64,000 bases of DNA from Caecitellus pseudoparvulus (taxonomy: Eukaryota > Protista > Bigyra: Bicosoecida): positions 62,001 through 126,000 of the forward strand of contig CBFFRQ010000095.1 of NCBI GenBank assembly GCA_965644315.1. The letters are read 5' to 3'. Made by a program: the position numbers and the translations under genes. Position 1 is the stretch's first letter; the number at the start of each line of letters is the position of its first letter. Shown here in pieces: positions 20,430 through 33,000 of this stretch. A model generated the notes under the pieces. That model was not told the DNA's origin. It worked only from the letters and a program-made list of their open reading frames with translations, and ran no database searches.

Positions 20430-22833
20430 TCACAGCTCCAGGTCGTCATACGACCGGGCGACAGCTTGACTGCCCCGCCTCAGCTCCAATGGAGAGTTAG
20501 AGCGGTGCTTGGGTGAGCTGGATCCGCCCCATGGCCGGGCATCGCCCGGGTCGGCCGCCCGGCCCTTCCCTGCACGATGGCTTCGGAGCGCCTCAGCGGC
20601 CTCAGCTCGGTCAGCTTCCGCGAAAGGGCGACAGGTGAGCAAAAACCGCGGCAGCATGTGCTCTTTCACCACAGCATTGCAGACTTCTGCGGGAACTGGC
20701 GCCAGCAGCGCCGAGAGCGGGCGCGCCTGCCCCTCCGACCCTGCGCCGACACGAGCCGTCAGCTCTCCGTGCCGTGCGCTGCCGCCACTGGCAGCAGACG
20801 CCTCCACAAGAGACAGCCGGCGAGGGGCCACCGCGTCACTCGCCGCGTCAATGGCCACCTGATTAACTGGACATGTCATGAAGTCCCGTGCTGCGGCTGC
20901 AAATCGCCGGCTGTGCAGGGAAGGGGTTGCAAACGTGTGGCGTGGCGTGTCGGACGGCAGCTTCCTTGACGTTGCTCAGAAGCTTCGCGCGGCAGCGGAG
21001 CTCACGCAAGCACGAGCGCCACCACTCACCTTGCCACGGACAGCTCGTAGGCTGCCTGGCGGAATTCAAAACCAGCTGCACAAAACGCACCACTGTCTGC
21101 GAGGCTTGCACTGGCGTCCACGCGCTCCGAGCGGGCTTGTGCACTCGCCAGCCAGCTCTGCAAGGCGGCCATGGAGGCGCCTGAGTCCCTGCTCGATCCA
21201 GACTTGCGCCTGCGTCGACTGTGCCGAGCGCTTGGCACGTCCCTCGTTGCCAAGGGAGGTGTGCGCGACCTGGGCTGGGCGGTGCTGGTGTCATTGGCGT
21301 GTTGCCGCGAAGCGGACGAATCGCCAGCTCGAAGTTGACCTGAACCTGCAGACCTGACCAGCCCTTGCACAGACATTGAGTCTTGCCCAGCCCTGGGTTG
21401 GTCGCTGGATGCTCCCTCCCTGCCCCCCGCTTCAAAGGCTGACAGGTGCACGTGCAGCAAGCTGAGCAGTTGCTGCCGCCGAGCTGCATCAGCCTCGTCC
21501 GCACCCCGCCCCACCACGGCTGAGACACCAGCCACCACCGTGGCTGCGCTGTGCAGGCCTGCAGCATGTCCGTCCAGCAATGCTTTCGCTGCAGCCAGCC
21601 GCGTGGCTGGCAGCACACCCTCTGCCTTTGCTAACCAGCGATCTCTCGAGTCACGACTTGCTGGACTACCGCTGCTGAACAGCGCAGGCGAAGGGCGGGG
21701 CTCCACCTGAGCTCGTGGGCGAGCAGGAGAGGGGGGACTCTGTGTCCGAATGGGGCGTTCTGGCTCTCTGGACTGCTCCACATCTGGCGCAGGTCGCCAG
21801 GACTGGGCCTGGGCCAGCTGCAGCTGCGAATCGGCAGCTGCTGCCAAGCCCCGTGCAAACGAACGAATACTCTCGTGATCGGGACCAGACTGCGCTGCAG
21901 CTGCCAAGACACGAGTGTCTGGCCCTCGACCATGTGCCTGCTTCGCCAGGGCGGGGTCGAACGGCGGCAAGGGGGGGTGTTTCGCTGCCAACTCACGAGC
22001 AGCTGCGTCGGCGGGCTGGCCAGGCGCACATCGCGGTGAGAAGCTGACGCTCTCAGCTGCCATGCGAGCCACACGGGCAAACTCAGGGTGCGTGGGCTCA
22101 GCATACTGGGAGGAAGGGCCAAAGGTGCTGTCTTCAGCGGTGCCCAGCACTGCGCCGTGGTCTGGTTGCTGAAAGGAGAGCACACGAGCCACGCCGCTGT
22201 CCAGCACTGGGCCAGGCCGGGCAGGGGACGCCCCAGGTGCAACCAGAGAAGGTGCAGGGGACGCGAAAGGTAAAGTACCTGACTGAGTAAGGTGGTCCAC
22301 ATCCCATGTCCTGCCACCGTGAGCCATGCTCGCCGTGTGCGGCGACGAGCCAGACGGCGTGGTCGCATGCGACACCTGCGGGCTGCACAAATGCTCGTGC
22401 AGGTGGCTTGGGACGAAGCGAGCGAAGGAGTGCAACAGACGAGGGTGATGGTGCAGTATGGAAGCAGCTTGGCGCAGCAGGTGAGGCGTGCTCCGCTCCA
22501 AGTTGGGGCTGGGCGGGGAGGAAAGACGTGAGTGAGGCGCAGCAGCATCGCTGGCGAAAGCCTGCACACGACGGCGCGCCAGCTCACCCTGCCTGCGTCT
22601 CAGAGCGGTTGAAATGCCCCATCAGCCGCACAAGATAGTCATACTGTCCTGGCTTGTCCTTGAACTCCGCTTTCAGCTGTTCGCGCGTGGGGGGCCGGGT
22701 GCACGTCTCCGCCGCTTGCAGATGCGGTAATTGCACCCACCTCCTGCAGAAACCCGCTGGCTGTGGCCAGAGACTCTTGCGTTGAGAACAACAAGTCTGG
22801 CCCCACCTGCTTGTCTGGATCGCTCCACTGCAT
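20430..22833 (-). CDS. Protein with one N-terminal PAH (Sin3-type paired amphipathic helix)-like domain
   Basis: Splicing 22833-22741, 22676-~22588 and ~22509 onward gives ESLATASGFLQELKAEFKDKPGQYDYLVRLMGHF...LLRQAASILHHHPRLLHSFARFVP, resembling the PAH consensus. A further intron at ~21029-20966 joins in frame to the ORF ending at 20430. Confidence 0.6.
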
Positions 22834-23305
22834 AGTGCGCCCTTGGAGTCGCTGGGAGACTGCACGCCTGCCGCACCTCGGGAGGCGCAGCAGCAGCAGC
22901 TTCGCTGGAGCGTTGCAGGTCAAGGATGGGACACTTTGGACGACCGCACAGACGGGAAGGTGCTTGATCGTGCAAGCAGAGAGATGGGATGCATGGATTT
23001 AGGGCCACGCCTGTGTTTGTCTGCAAGCCAGTGGCTGCTTGGCTGTAGGGCTGGCTGCACAGTGCAGCTCTTTCCCGCCACTCAAACAAACTTCACCACA
23101 AAACAAACCAACACACGTCAACTCTAAATGCTCCATATCTGCTCCAACACCACTCTCAGTGCCAAATACTTCCCCGTGTCCCAGCGACGCTGCCCACCAC
23201 CTGTGCGGCATTCAGTTTCCGCACCCGCTGCTCCAGCTGATTCAGCTGAAGCAGCCTGCACGCACCCTCTGAGTGAGAAGCAAACAACTTCCCACATAGT
23301 GCGAC

Positions 23306-25902
23306 ATGGATGAAGAACAAGGCCAAGTCGCACCGCCCCCCGCCCCTGAGGGCGCTGCCAAGGGTGAGCGCGACGGCGCAGCTGCTTGATCAGCTGATTC
23401 CTGCCTGCGCCACCCTCAAACGGGCGCACACCCGCATACCGCAGACCACGAGCCTGCAGGGCCCGACGATGCCAAGGATGCGCAACAACCTGGTGCTGTG
23501 GAGCACTCCCACTCGATGGAGCTGCTGTCAGGCCACGACGTGGCAACAAACCCAGAAAAAGCAGCGGTCCAAGGTGGCAGCAGCACCACCTGGTGGTCAA
23601 CCGCCTTGCACCACGTGCATGTGCCGCGCCTGACCATCATCGACGTCATCAGGGGGTATGCCTCCGAAGGCAAAGTCTTTGACAAGGCTGTAGGGGACTT
23701 GTCAGCAGGGGTGGTTGTCGCAGGTGCGTGTGGCGCCTGCCTGCCTGATATGCCGATGGCCGCTGCAGCTGACAACCGCTCAGCGCCTTGCTGGCCGCTG
23801 CTTCGGCACCGGCCGCGGTACCCTGCACCACTTCCACTGCCCTTCTCCCTTGCACAGTCATGCTGATCCCGCAAGGCCTTGCATACGCCTCGCTGGCTTC
23901 CCTGCCGCCCCAGTACGGCATTTACGCAGCCATGATGTCGGTGTTCATCTACCCATTCTTCGGCACCAGTCCGCAGCTGGCAGTCGGGCCGGTGGCGCTC
24001 ATGTCCCTGCTGACGACAGGCCTCATCAACGAAATGGACCTGGGCGATGCCCCTGACGACCGCCGCATCCTGCTAGCCCTCCGCCTGGCCTTCGTCGTGG
24101 GTGTCATCCAAACTGCCATGGGCATCTTCAACGCAGGCTCCCTCGTATCCTTCCTCTCACACCCCATGCTGTCCGGCTTCACGGCAGCAGCCGCCATCAT
24201 CATCGGCAGCTCCCAGCTGGGCAAGCTGCTGGGGCTGAAGCTGGTGCGTTCCTCCCACGTGTACGAAGTGTGGATCGACGCCGTGGAGAAGCTGGGCGAC
24301 ACGCACCTGCTGACGCTGGGCCTGGCCGCCGCGAATCTCGCAATGTTCTGGGGCCTGAAGTGGGGCCGAAAGTTCCTGCTCAGCGTGGAGAAGCGTAGAG
24401 CCAGCAGCGGGCGGGAAGAGGACGTGGCGGTGGCGGAGCGCAACAGCCGCATCCTCAAGGCCGTCCCCAACGCACTCATCGTCGTCATCGTGAACATCAT
24501 CATCGTGACGGCTGCAGACTTGGAGAGCGAGGGCGTCGCCATCGTCGGCAAGCTGTCCAACGGCCTGCCCTCCCCTGTGAACATTTTCGCGTCAGGGTTC
24601 GGGGATGACTTCAACGCCCTGCTGCCCACCGCCTTCCTCATGGCCCTCGTCGGGTTCATGGAGAGCATCAGCGTGGCCAAGGCCATGGCACTCAAGTACG
24701 GCAACAAGCTGGACTCCAACCAGGAGCTGCTGGGCCTGGGCCTGGCCAACGTCATCGGCGCGCCGTTCAACACCTTCCCCGTCACGGGCGGCTTCTCCCG
24801 CACGACAGTGAACGCCGACGCGGGGGCCGCCACGACACTGGCGGGCCTCATCACTGGCATCATCCTCCTCGTCACTGTCCTGGTGTTGCTGCCCCTGTTC
24901 AAGAACTTGCCAGCCGTGACGCTGGGCGCACTCATCGTCTTTGCAGTGTCCAAGCTGCTGGACCACACCGTGCCGCTGCTGCTGTGGCAGCTGGACAAGG
25001 GGGACTTTGCCGTCTACGTCGTGGCATTCCTGGCCACACTGGGCCTTGGCATTGAGGAGGGCATCATGGTTGGCGCGGGGGTGTCCCTCGCGAAGGTCGT
25101 CTGGTTCGCCTCCCGGCCGCACGCGGCAGTGCTGGGGCAAGTGCTCTCCCCCATCACGCACAAGCCCACGGACATGTTCCGGAAGCTGGAGAACTACCCT
25201 GACCTGACTCAAGAAGTCCCTGGCCTGCGCATCTTGCGCTTTGACGGTGCCCTCATGTTCGCCAACGCGGAATACTTCGAGGAGCTCGTGCTGGGCCTGG
25301 CCAAGCCAAACACCGACCCAGCCGACTTGACTGCGCCCACGCCCACGGAGCCACAGGCCATCGTCGTGGACATGGGCAGTGTGGCGTCCTTGGACTCCAC
25401 GGCGCTGCACATTGTGGAGCACTTGCCAGTGGAGCTGCGCACGCAGAGTGAGCGGTGGCGAGCCACACGGCTGGCCGCTGCCAAGAACGCTCTTGCTGAC
25501 GGCAGCCACGACGAGGCAGCTGCTCAGCGCGAGGTGGACGCTATGCAGGCGCAGCTGGAAGGCATGAAGAGCGGCACAGTCACAGCGCCTCGCCTCTTCC
25601 TCGTCTCTGTGCGGGGTCCTGTGCGTGCGACGCTGCACACGTCACACCACGTCGCGGAGGCTGAGAAGGCCGCCGCCGCAGCGTACACTGGGGGTTGCTG
25701 GCACTGTGAGGTGACTGTGCAGCCACGGGAGGTGCCAGCCACATCTCGAGCACACGACCCCACCACTCTGCCCATGGACCTGGCTCAAGCCTTGGAACAC
25801 ATCCAGCACGCTCTGGACAGCGACGCTGCGAAGCAGGTGGAGGCCAGCGCAGTGGCGCCCAGCGACCCTGCAGCTGGAGAAGCGACCGAACCCGAAGTCT
25901 AA
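23306..25902 (+). CDS. SulP/SLC26 anion (sulfate) transporter with STAS domain
   Basis: ATG 23306 and two 5' introns. Motifs: GDLSAGVVVAVMLIPQGLAYA, YGIYA, FGTSPQLAVGP, NQELLGLGLAN, GGFSRT, and STAS (ILRFDGALMFANA, IVVDMGSVASLDSTA). Confidence 0.92.
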
Positions 25903-25928
25903 ACACTTTCACCTGTACTGGTGCCCGG

Positions 25929-25936
25929 TGAATTCA
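25929..25936. terminator. Palindrome TGAATTCA carrying candidate 3'-end motif AATTCA on both strands
   Basis: Lies in the 31-bp gap between the convergent SulP and Frag1 stops and overlaps the Frag1 TGA. Function is inferred. Confidence 0.45.
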
Positions 25937-26932
25937 TGCACGTTTTGGGCGGGCGGCGCGCGCGATGGCATGGAAGTCGATTGTGTACGTTGCCCACATG
26001 GCCACCACCGTGCCCACTGCCACCCACTGGATCAGGCCGCCTAAATTCACACGGTCCTGCCCAGGAGTCTCTGTGCAGGTGAGCAGCAGCACACAGTGCG
26101 CAGGTGGGAGGCTGGGGCATTCACTTGGCGGAGCCACGCACCTGCTCCAGAGCCAGGGTGCAGCAGCGCCCACAGCACCATCGGGGCGGCACTGGCACAG
26201 AGAAAGACGGCTTTGGGCAACGTATGCCATGCACCAGCCAAGGGGAGCGTTCCACCCGGTGCTCTGCGAGGGGAAACTTGGAGGCGCAGGGTGTGAGCCG
26301 TGTGGCGAGTGGATGCCACTGCTGCAGCCGTACCTGTACACGTGGAGGATGAAACCGCCGTGAACAAAGGACAGGACGAAGAAGGATATGGCGCCCACCT
26401 GATGCACGATGGTCTGCACTTGCAGTGCCGGCGGGGCCGGGGCCTGCTCTGCCCCACCCATCCTGTTCAGGTGCTGAAGCAGATCCAGCTGCAGCGGACA
26501 CACTGCCTGTACCCACAGCCCGGTGAAGGCCAGGAAGGCACAGACGAAGGCGGCGTGCACGCTGCAGCGCACAGCGTTCGGGGCGCGATGCAAGACAAAG
26601 TCGTACATGGGGATGGCCATGCCGGCAAAGGCCAGGGCCACGGCAGAGAAGGCTGCCTTGTACAGCAGCAGCGTGTCGCTGGTGGCCACGGCAGTGAAGG
26701 AAATGGGGGGCGTATCCAGCCACGACGGCATGTTTCCCGATGCGTCAGCCATGCGGTTAATGAGGACGATCATGCACCCTGCAAACACTGACGTGATGAG
26801 CGGCCCCCACCTCCACAGTCCTGCGGAGAGCGCAGGCGGCGTCGCGGAAATTGCTTCCTACACCCAGCGCTCGCCACCGCACTCACCCAGGCAGTGAGCC
26901 TGAACCCAGCTGAAGGGGCGCATCACAAGCAT
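25934..26932 (-). CDS. Frag1/DRAM/Sfk1 (TMEM150-like) membrane protein, multi-exon
   Basis: Multiple TM segments with WLDTPPISFTA, HQVGAISFFVLSFVHG and terminal GLIQWVAVGTVVAMWATYTIDF. Probable first exon MLVMRPFSWVQAHCL|gtgagt. Exon limits are approximate. Confidence 0.7.
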
Positions 26933-27197
26933 GCACTTTAACTGATCCCTCTGCAGTCTTGGACTCAGCCCTCAAACGCTGCAGTGGTGGCCCCAGTTGG
27001 TGAACGCTGCTCAAGTTTGAGCGCCAGCCTTGCAGAGCCACGTGTGCTGCAAAACCAGGGCTGGCATGAACTTCACCACTCGGCTGCGAGGCCACACACT
27101 GGATTGTGGTGGTTGAGCTGCGGGTTCTTGCCCTTGGTTCGCTTTGTGCCCTGGCCAGGCGTAGGCGCCTGTTGTGCAGTGCACTCGCGCAACCACC

Positions 27198-29305
27198 ATG
27201 GCCAGCGACGGAGAGGCTGACAGCAGCACTCTGCGGCAGCGACGGGGCCACAAAGCAGGTACAGATGAGCCTGCCGTGGCTGCAGACCACACCAGCTCCC
27301 CGCCTGAGCGCAAAGTGCCGCAGGGCGCGGCGCAGCAGCTGTCAGGCGTCGTGGCAGCGCTGGACGAAATTCCCGAGTGGCCATGGGTGCCTGCCATTCT
27401 CACGGCACTGGCCTTTGCGACGCGGTTTTGGAGGCTGGACGAGCCACCTGCTGTGGTGTTCGATGAGCACCACTTTGGCAGGTTCACGAACCAGTACTGG
27501 AAGGGCGAGTACTTCTTCGACATCCACCCTCCTCTCGGTACGTGCGGAAGCGTGCTGCGCTTGCTGCGTTGCCCACTCCCCCCTGCGTGCCTGGAACACG
27601 TGCTGGCACTGTCAGAGGCCACACGTGTTGCCTGTCCTGCGGCAGCTGCGCCTTGTGTGCCTTGTGCCTGCCGCGCTGAGCTGCAGGCTGCAGTTGCACC
27701 TCACCCGTCGCGGAAATTGCACCGCTCTTCACAGGCAAGTGGGGTTTCCTGTTGACAGCGTGGGTGGCAGGGTACGACGCGGACGTGTGTGATTACACCA
27801 ACCTAGGCGATGAGTACGACCCCCGCTGCAACTTCCTGCCGCTGCGAGTGACTGCGGCGGCCTTTGGAGTCGCCACGGTGCCGCTGCTGTACTGGGCAGT
27901 GCGCCTGATGGGGCTGGGCAGATGGGGCGCCATTCTCACCAGCATCCTCTTCACCTTCGACATGCTGAACTTGATCGAGAGCCGCCTCATCCTGACGGAC
28001 TCCCAGCTCATGTTCTGGATCGTCGTCTGCCTGCTGACAGGCATGCGGTACTTCCAAGCCAAGCAAGAGCACGCCGCCGCTGAAGGTGTGGTGTTGGAGC
28101 TACAGGAGCGAGGGGTGTCCCGCCCTGCGGCCCTGGCAGCCCTGCAGAACGCAGAAGTGGTGCCAGGCGCCATCGGCCACCTCGTGGACGGCGTGTCGCC
28201 GGCAGACACTGCCGAGGGCTGTGAGGACGAGGACCTTGTGGGCCCGGCAGTGGCAGTGCAGGGCGCATATGCGCGACGGCACCTGCTGCAGGTGCACGAG
28301 GCGGAGGCTGGGGAGGGCGCCCAGGCCGTGCGCATCAAGGTGGCACCCTGGGCGGCGACGGGGGCAGCCCCGCGCCTGCTGTCGCGGCGAGACAACCTCC
28401 TGTGGGCGGTGGTGCTGGGCCTGGCGTGTGGAGCCTCTGTCAGCGTCAAGTGGACTGGGCTGGGCACGCCGGGCCTCATTGCGCTGGAGACGTGGCTGGC
28501 CATCTTCGTGCTGCGCGACCCAGTGCACTTTTTTGACATGCTGGTGATGCTGGCGTCCGCCTTCCTGTTCTACCTCAGCAACTACTACATCCACTTCGCA
28601 CTGCTGCCCAACACGGGGGATGGTGACGCCTTCATGCCCATTGAGTTCCAGCGCACACTGGTCGGCAACGAGCACTACGACCCACAGGCGCCCCACCCCG
28701 GCTTCCTCCGCACCTTCTTCACGCTGGCCTGGGAGATGCTGTCAGGCAACGCCCGCATCGACCAACGGCACAATTGGGAGAGCACGTGGGACCAGTGGAT
28801 CCTGAACAAGCGCGGTGTGCTGTACCACAGCAACACCACTGAACCCGTCCGGGGTCGCACAGAGTCCGTGTACCTCATCGGCAACCCCGCCGTCATCTGG
28901 CTCGTCGCAGTTGTGGTGGCCCTGGCTCTGCTGTATGTCTTCTTCCACTACCGCTGCCGGGCTGTGCGCATGGTAGCCAACAGCCACGTGTTCCGGAACA
29001 ACCGTAGCACCCTGGCCCTCGTCGCGTACTGCCTCGTGGGGTACTTCTGCAACCTCCTGCCCTACCTGGGCGTGGAGCGCTCCTGCTTCGCGTACCACTA
29101 CATGCCGGCACTGCTGTACGGCGAGATCCTGGCCGGCGTGCTGCTGGAGCGTTTCTTCGGCAAGGCGAAGGGTGCCGCTGCGGCGGTGCAGTACATCAGC
29201 CTGGGTGTCATGGCAGTGTTCGTCTTCTACATGCCGTGGATATACTCCCTGCCCCTCACGCCCGAGGGGCATGAACAGCGCAGGTGGCTGAAGACGTGGA
29301 ACTGA
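27198..29305 (+). CDS. PMT: Dolichyl-phosphate-mannose:protein O-mannosyltransferase (GT39), lacking MIR domains
   Basis: ccaccATG at 27198. VVFDEHHFGRF (catalytic DE motif) and FFDIHPPLG|intron|KW, then ESRLILTD, SVKWTG, HFALL...GDGDAFM..EFQ.TL.GN, HNWES, YLIGNP, YHYMPAL. Confidence 0.92.
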
Positions 29306-29317
29306 ATGCAGTGCATT
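29305..29317. terminator. Inverted pair of candidate 3'-end motifs (AATGCA g TGCATT)
   Basis: Lies in the 46-bp gap between the convergent PMT and HINT stops. The first copy shares the A of the PMT TGA. Confidence 0.5.
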
Positions 29318-29351
29318 GACACAGCCCCCAGTCTGCGCGTGCCCCCATCAC

Positions 29352-29927
29352 TCAGCCGGTCATGCTGCCCTCGGCCTTGCCTGTGCCAGGTGGCCACGTC
29401 AGCTGCTGCCCGCCCAGAATGTGGATGTGCAGGTGCGCCACAGACTGGCAACCCTGCTCGCCGTCGTTGATGACGAGGCGATAGCCGGAGTCCAGACCCT
29501 CAGCCTTGGCGATGGCGGCTGCTGTCACCATCAGGTGCCCCAGCACTTCCTTGTGCTTGTCCTCTGCTGCGCTGATGCCAGTGAGCCCGTCGCGCTGCTT
29601 GGGGATGAGCAGGATGTGCGTCTTGGCAGCGGGCGCGATGTCCCGGAACGCGTAGCAGACATCGTCGTCGTACACCTTCGTGGAGGGAATGTCCCCTGCC
29701 AGGATCTTCTGGAAGATGGTGGCGGGCTTGCCGTCTTCGGCAAGTTCCGCAGGCGTCCCGCTGGCCATCGTGCGAGGGTGAAGAGCAAAGGCCTGGGGGC
29801 CGAGCGAAAGTACCTCTCGGCGTAGACAATGCCTGCCCTGTGATGGTGCGGCAACACGTCGTGTCAGGGAGCCTGCTTTGCTTCGCAGCGTTGCGCAGGC
29901 TGAGCGAGCCACGGCCCAACACGCCAT
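29352..29927 (-). CDS. HINT: Histidine triad nucleotide-binding protein (HINT), probable organellar presequence
   Basis: TIFQKILAGDIPSTKVYDDD..AFRDIAP.A..H.L.IPK, GYRLVINDG..GCQSVAHLHIHILGG...WPPG. The Arg/Ala-rich N-terminal extension lacks acidic residues. Confidence 0.92.
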   Translation of the reverse strand: MACWAVARSACATLRSKAGSLTRRVAAPSQGRHCLRREVLSLGPQAFALHPRTMASGTPAELAEDGKPATIFQKILAGDIPSTKVYDDDVCYAFRDIAPAAKTHILLIPKQRDGLTGISAAEDKHKEVLGHLMVTAAAIAKAEGLDSGYRLVINDGEQGCQSVAHLHIHILGGQQLTWPPGTGKAEGSMTG

Positions 29928-30061
29928 GGGCACACTCACGCAAACTCAGGCGGGTGCGGCTGCACAGTACCGGAATGGGGAGAGTGCAAAAGAGATATTG
30001 CAAGGTACAGTGGCTCACGTGTAGTTTTACATATTGCCCATGCACGTGCATTGCTGCCTGC

Positions 30062-33000
30062 CTACAGCGTCACGAACTCCCGCACAGCGGTGCGGAAACT
30101 GGACAGGTGCTTGGAGAAGCGGTCGCGGTTGGGGCTGTCCAGGCTGCGCGTGACGTCCTTCATGAGCTTGCCCATCTCCTCCACGAGGCGGGCCCGCACG
30201 CCCCCCTCCACTGGCTGGGACATGACCAGGGCCTCCTTGAACCGGTCCCAGGTGCGTGGCTCCACCATGTCCGCGGCCAGGACAAGGGGAAGCATGGGGC
30301 GCGTCATGGCCCACTGTGTCGTCAGGTCCCCGAACACGACCAGCTGGAACAGCAGCTTCATGAAGTTGTGGAAGAGGTCGCGCTCCGCTGACACCTGTGC
30401 TCGCAGGGCGTTGCCCAGGACGCTGTCCTTGCGAAAGTGCTGCACGAACGCGGTGGCGGTGTAGTCCAGCGCGTACGCGGCATGGTTTGCGATGGTGGGG
30501 TCGTGGGTCTCCAGTCCGTCCCGCACGGCAGCCATGATGCGCTGCCAGGAAGCGGTGGGGATGCCCACCAGGCGCTTCAAGTGGCTCTTGGTCAGGACAT
30601 GCACGAGGTAGTAGAAGGAACGGCTGAGCTTGGGGAAAGCGACCAGGTCTGCGTCGGGCACTGACAGCGCCAGCTGCAGCACCGTCTCCAGAGCATTCTG
30701 CAGGCTGGGGTCTTCGTACAGGTCAAAGACGCCAAAGTTCACGTAGGAGCCGTCCAGAATGCGAGCCATCATGGTGAGCAGGACGGACAGCCCCTTGTAC
30801 CGCTTCTGCCACAACTCGCGCTGCGCCGGCACTGCCATGGCGGTCAACTGCTGCCCGTAGGCGACGGCAACCTTGGAGATTTCCCGGAACAGCAGGATGC
30901 CGTTGGGGCTCGACGCGCCGAAGCTGATGCGGTGGGCGCGGTTGTGTACCAGTTCCGCAAGCATCTTCAATAGCGGCGTCGTCACCTGCGGCTCGTCGGC
31001 CCACGTGGTCACGGCGGCCACGAACATGTCAAAGTACTGTGGGTACAGCACTTCGAAGACGAGGGTGTACGTGCGGGGGTTGTGTGCGGCGGCGATGACA
31101 CCGCGCAGGTCTCGGCACACGCCCGCCACCTGCAGGCCCATGGCGCTGGACTTGACGCTGATGTTGGCCTTGACGCGGTCCATGGCCGACGCCAGCGGAC
31201 TCATGAAGCGCTCAAACATGACGTCTGGGTCCTCTGAAATGTACAGCAGTCGTGCCACACACATGTAGAAGCGCGTGCGCAGGCGGCCGTTTTCCAGCGG
31301 CTCCAGGAAGCGGAAGTGCTCCGACGTGTGGTTCAGCAGCAGCTTGTTCACCACCTCCAGCGCCAGCAGCAGCTTCCCAGAGCTGTAGCTGTGCGTCATG
31401 GCCTGGAAAACGTCCAGCGTCTGCCCCAGCACCTCCTGGGAACCCGGCCAGAACTTCAGGTTGCTGGCCAGCTTGGCGATGAAGAAGGACGCCACCACCA
31501 GGTGGTCGCCCAGCCCCATCTCAGCGAACATGCTGTCGAACAGCTTCTGCTTGGCCGTCTGCCGCTCAGCAGCCCGGCTCATGACGCTGGACATGCGCTC
31601 CCCGCCGAAGCCAGAGCGGGTGGGGGAGGGGTCTGGCCCATCCCCTCGCCCAGACTCGGCAGCGTCAGCAGCCGTGGCATCCAGCAGCGGTTGTGTCCCT
31701 GCGGCGCCGATGGCGGGGGGCGGCGCAGGCATGCCTCGAGACTCCACGAAGAACGTCTTGCGGAACTGCGCCAGGAAGTACAGGCTGGCCATCTCCAGGC
31801 GATAGTCACACTTCACGACGCCCTCCGTCTTCGTCAGGCGCGAGTTCACGCTTTGCATGAGGGCGATGACGCGCTTGCACAGCTCGGCATCGCGCCGCTC
31901 ATCCCCAGGGCTGCGTGTGGACGACCCGAAGGGCGAGTCACCGATGATGGCGCCCACCATGTACACCAACCAGGCCAACTGAGCCTCCACGACGCTCAGC
32001 TGGGTCTTGGCTGCCTGGAAGTTCGGGTCTGAGGCAGCGGCAGCAGCCCCCTGCAGCACCGCTGACCCGACGATGTTGGACAGACTCTCGTGCTTTGTCG
32101 AGAGCGTGTCCAGCGCACTGGCCAGCGTCGCGACGCTGTCCGCGTACTGGAAGCGGAACAGGCCCGGCAGCTGTTCCGCCTGCAGCACGGCCGTCTCGGC
32201 ATCATCCAAGTCTGCGTTCTCCACCGTTCCCTGCTCCGCGGCAGCCGCCAGAGCTAGACGCACCTCCAGATACTTCTTCAGCACGCCAGGAGCGTAGCGG
32301 TCCAGCAGCGTCTCGCCAGGCTGTGTAGCAGCGGAGGAGGAGGAGCCCGAGCCAGGCGTGGCCCGCCGCACGTACGGCACTGCCGACACCATCTTGGACC
32401 ACAACATGAGGAGGTAGTGGATGGAGTCACTCAGCGCGTGCAGGTTCTCCAGTGACTCCTGCGTGAACTGCGCCGTCAGCTCCAGCCAGATGTGGTAGCC
32501 GTCCACACGCACCAGCTCTGACAGCTGGTAGTTCGCCTTCAGTCGGCCCAGCAGCTGGCAGAAGCGGTGGTAGCAGCTGCCCTGGTTCAGGCCGACGCGG
32601 GATTTGAGGATGTTCACGATGCCGGACATGGTCAGCAGCAGGAACTGCTTGCGGGAAGAGTCGGAACGGAACACACTGCGCCGCGCTGACGTGTAGTGCG
32701 TCAGCACTTCCAGCACCTGGGCCGCTCTGGCGGCGTTCTGCACCATTGAGGAGGGGGCGCCCAGCGACCCTGAAGCATCCCGCAGGCGGATCTGGCCCGT
32801 GGCTGCGCCCTCGTACAGGGAGAACAGCATGGTCAGGTAGTCGGGCTTCTCGAACTTGTCCCTCCACGACGTGGGCACCTGCAGTGACCCGACGTTCTCA
32901 GTGGACTCGCTGGGGTTGGTGCCGATGAAGTCGAAGCCCAAGCAGGCGTTAGCCAGCGCCAGTGCCTGCTCCAGGATCTTGTTCTCCACGTGGTTGGCAG

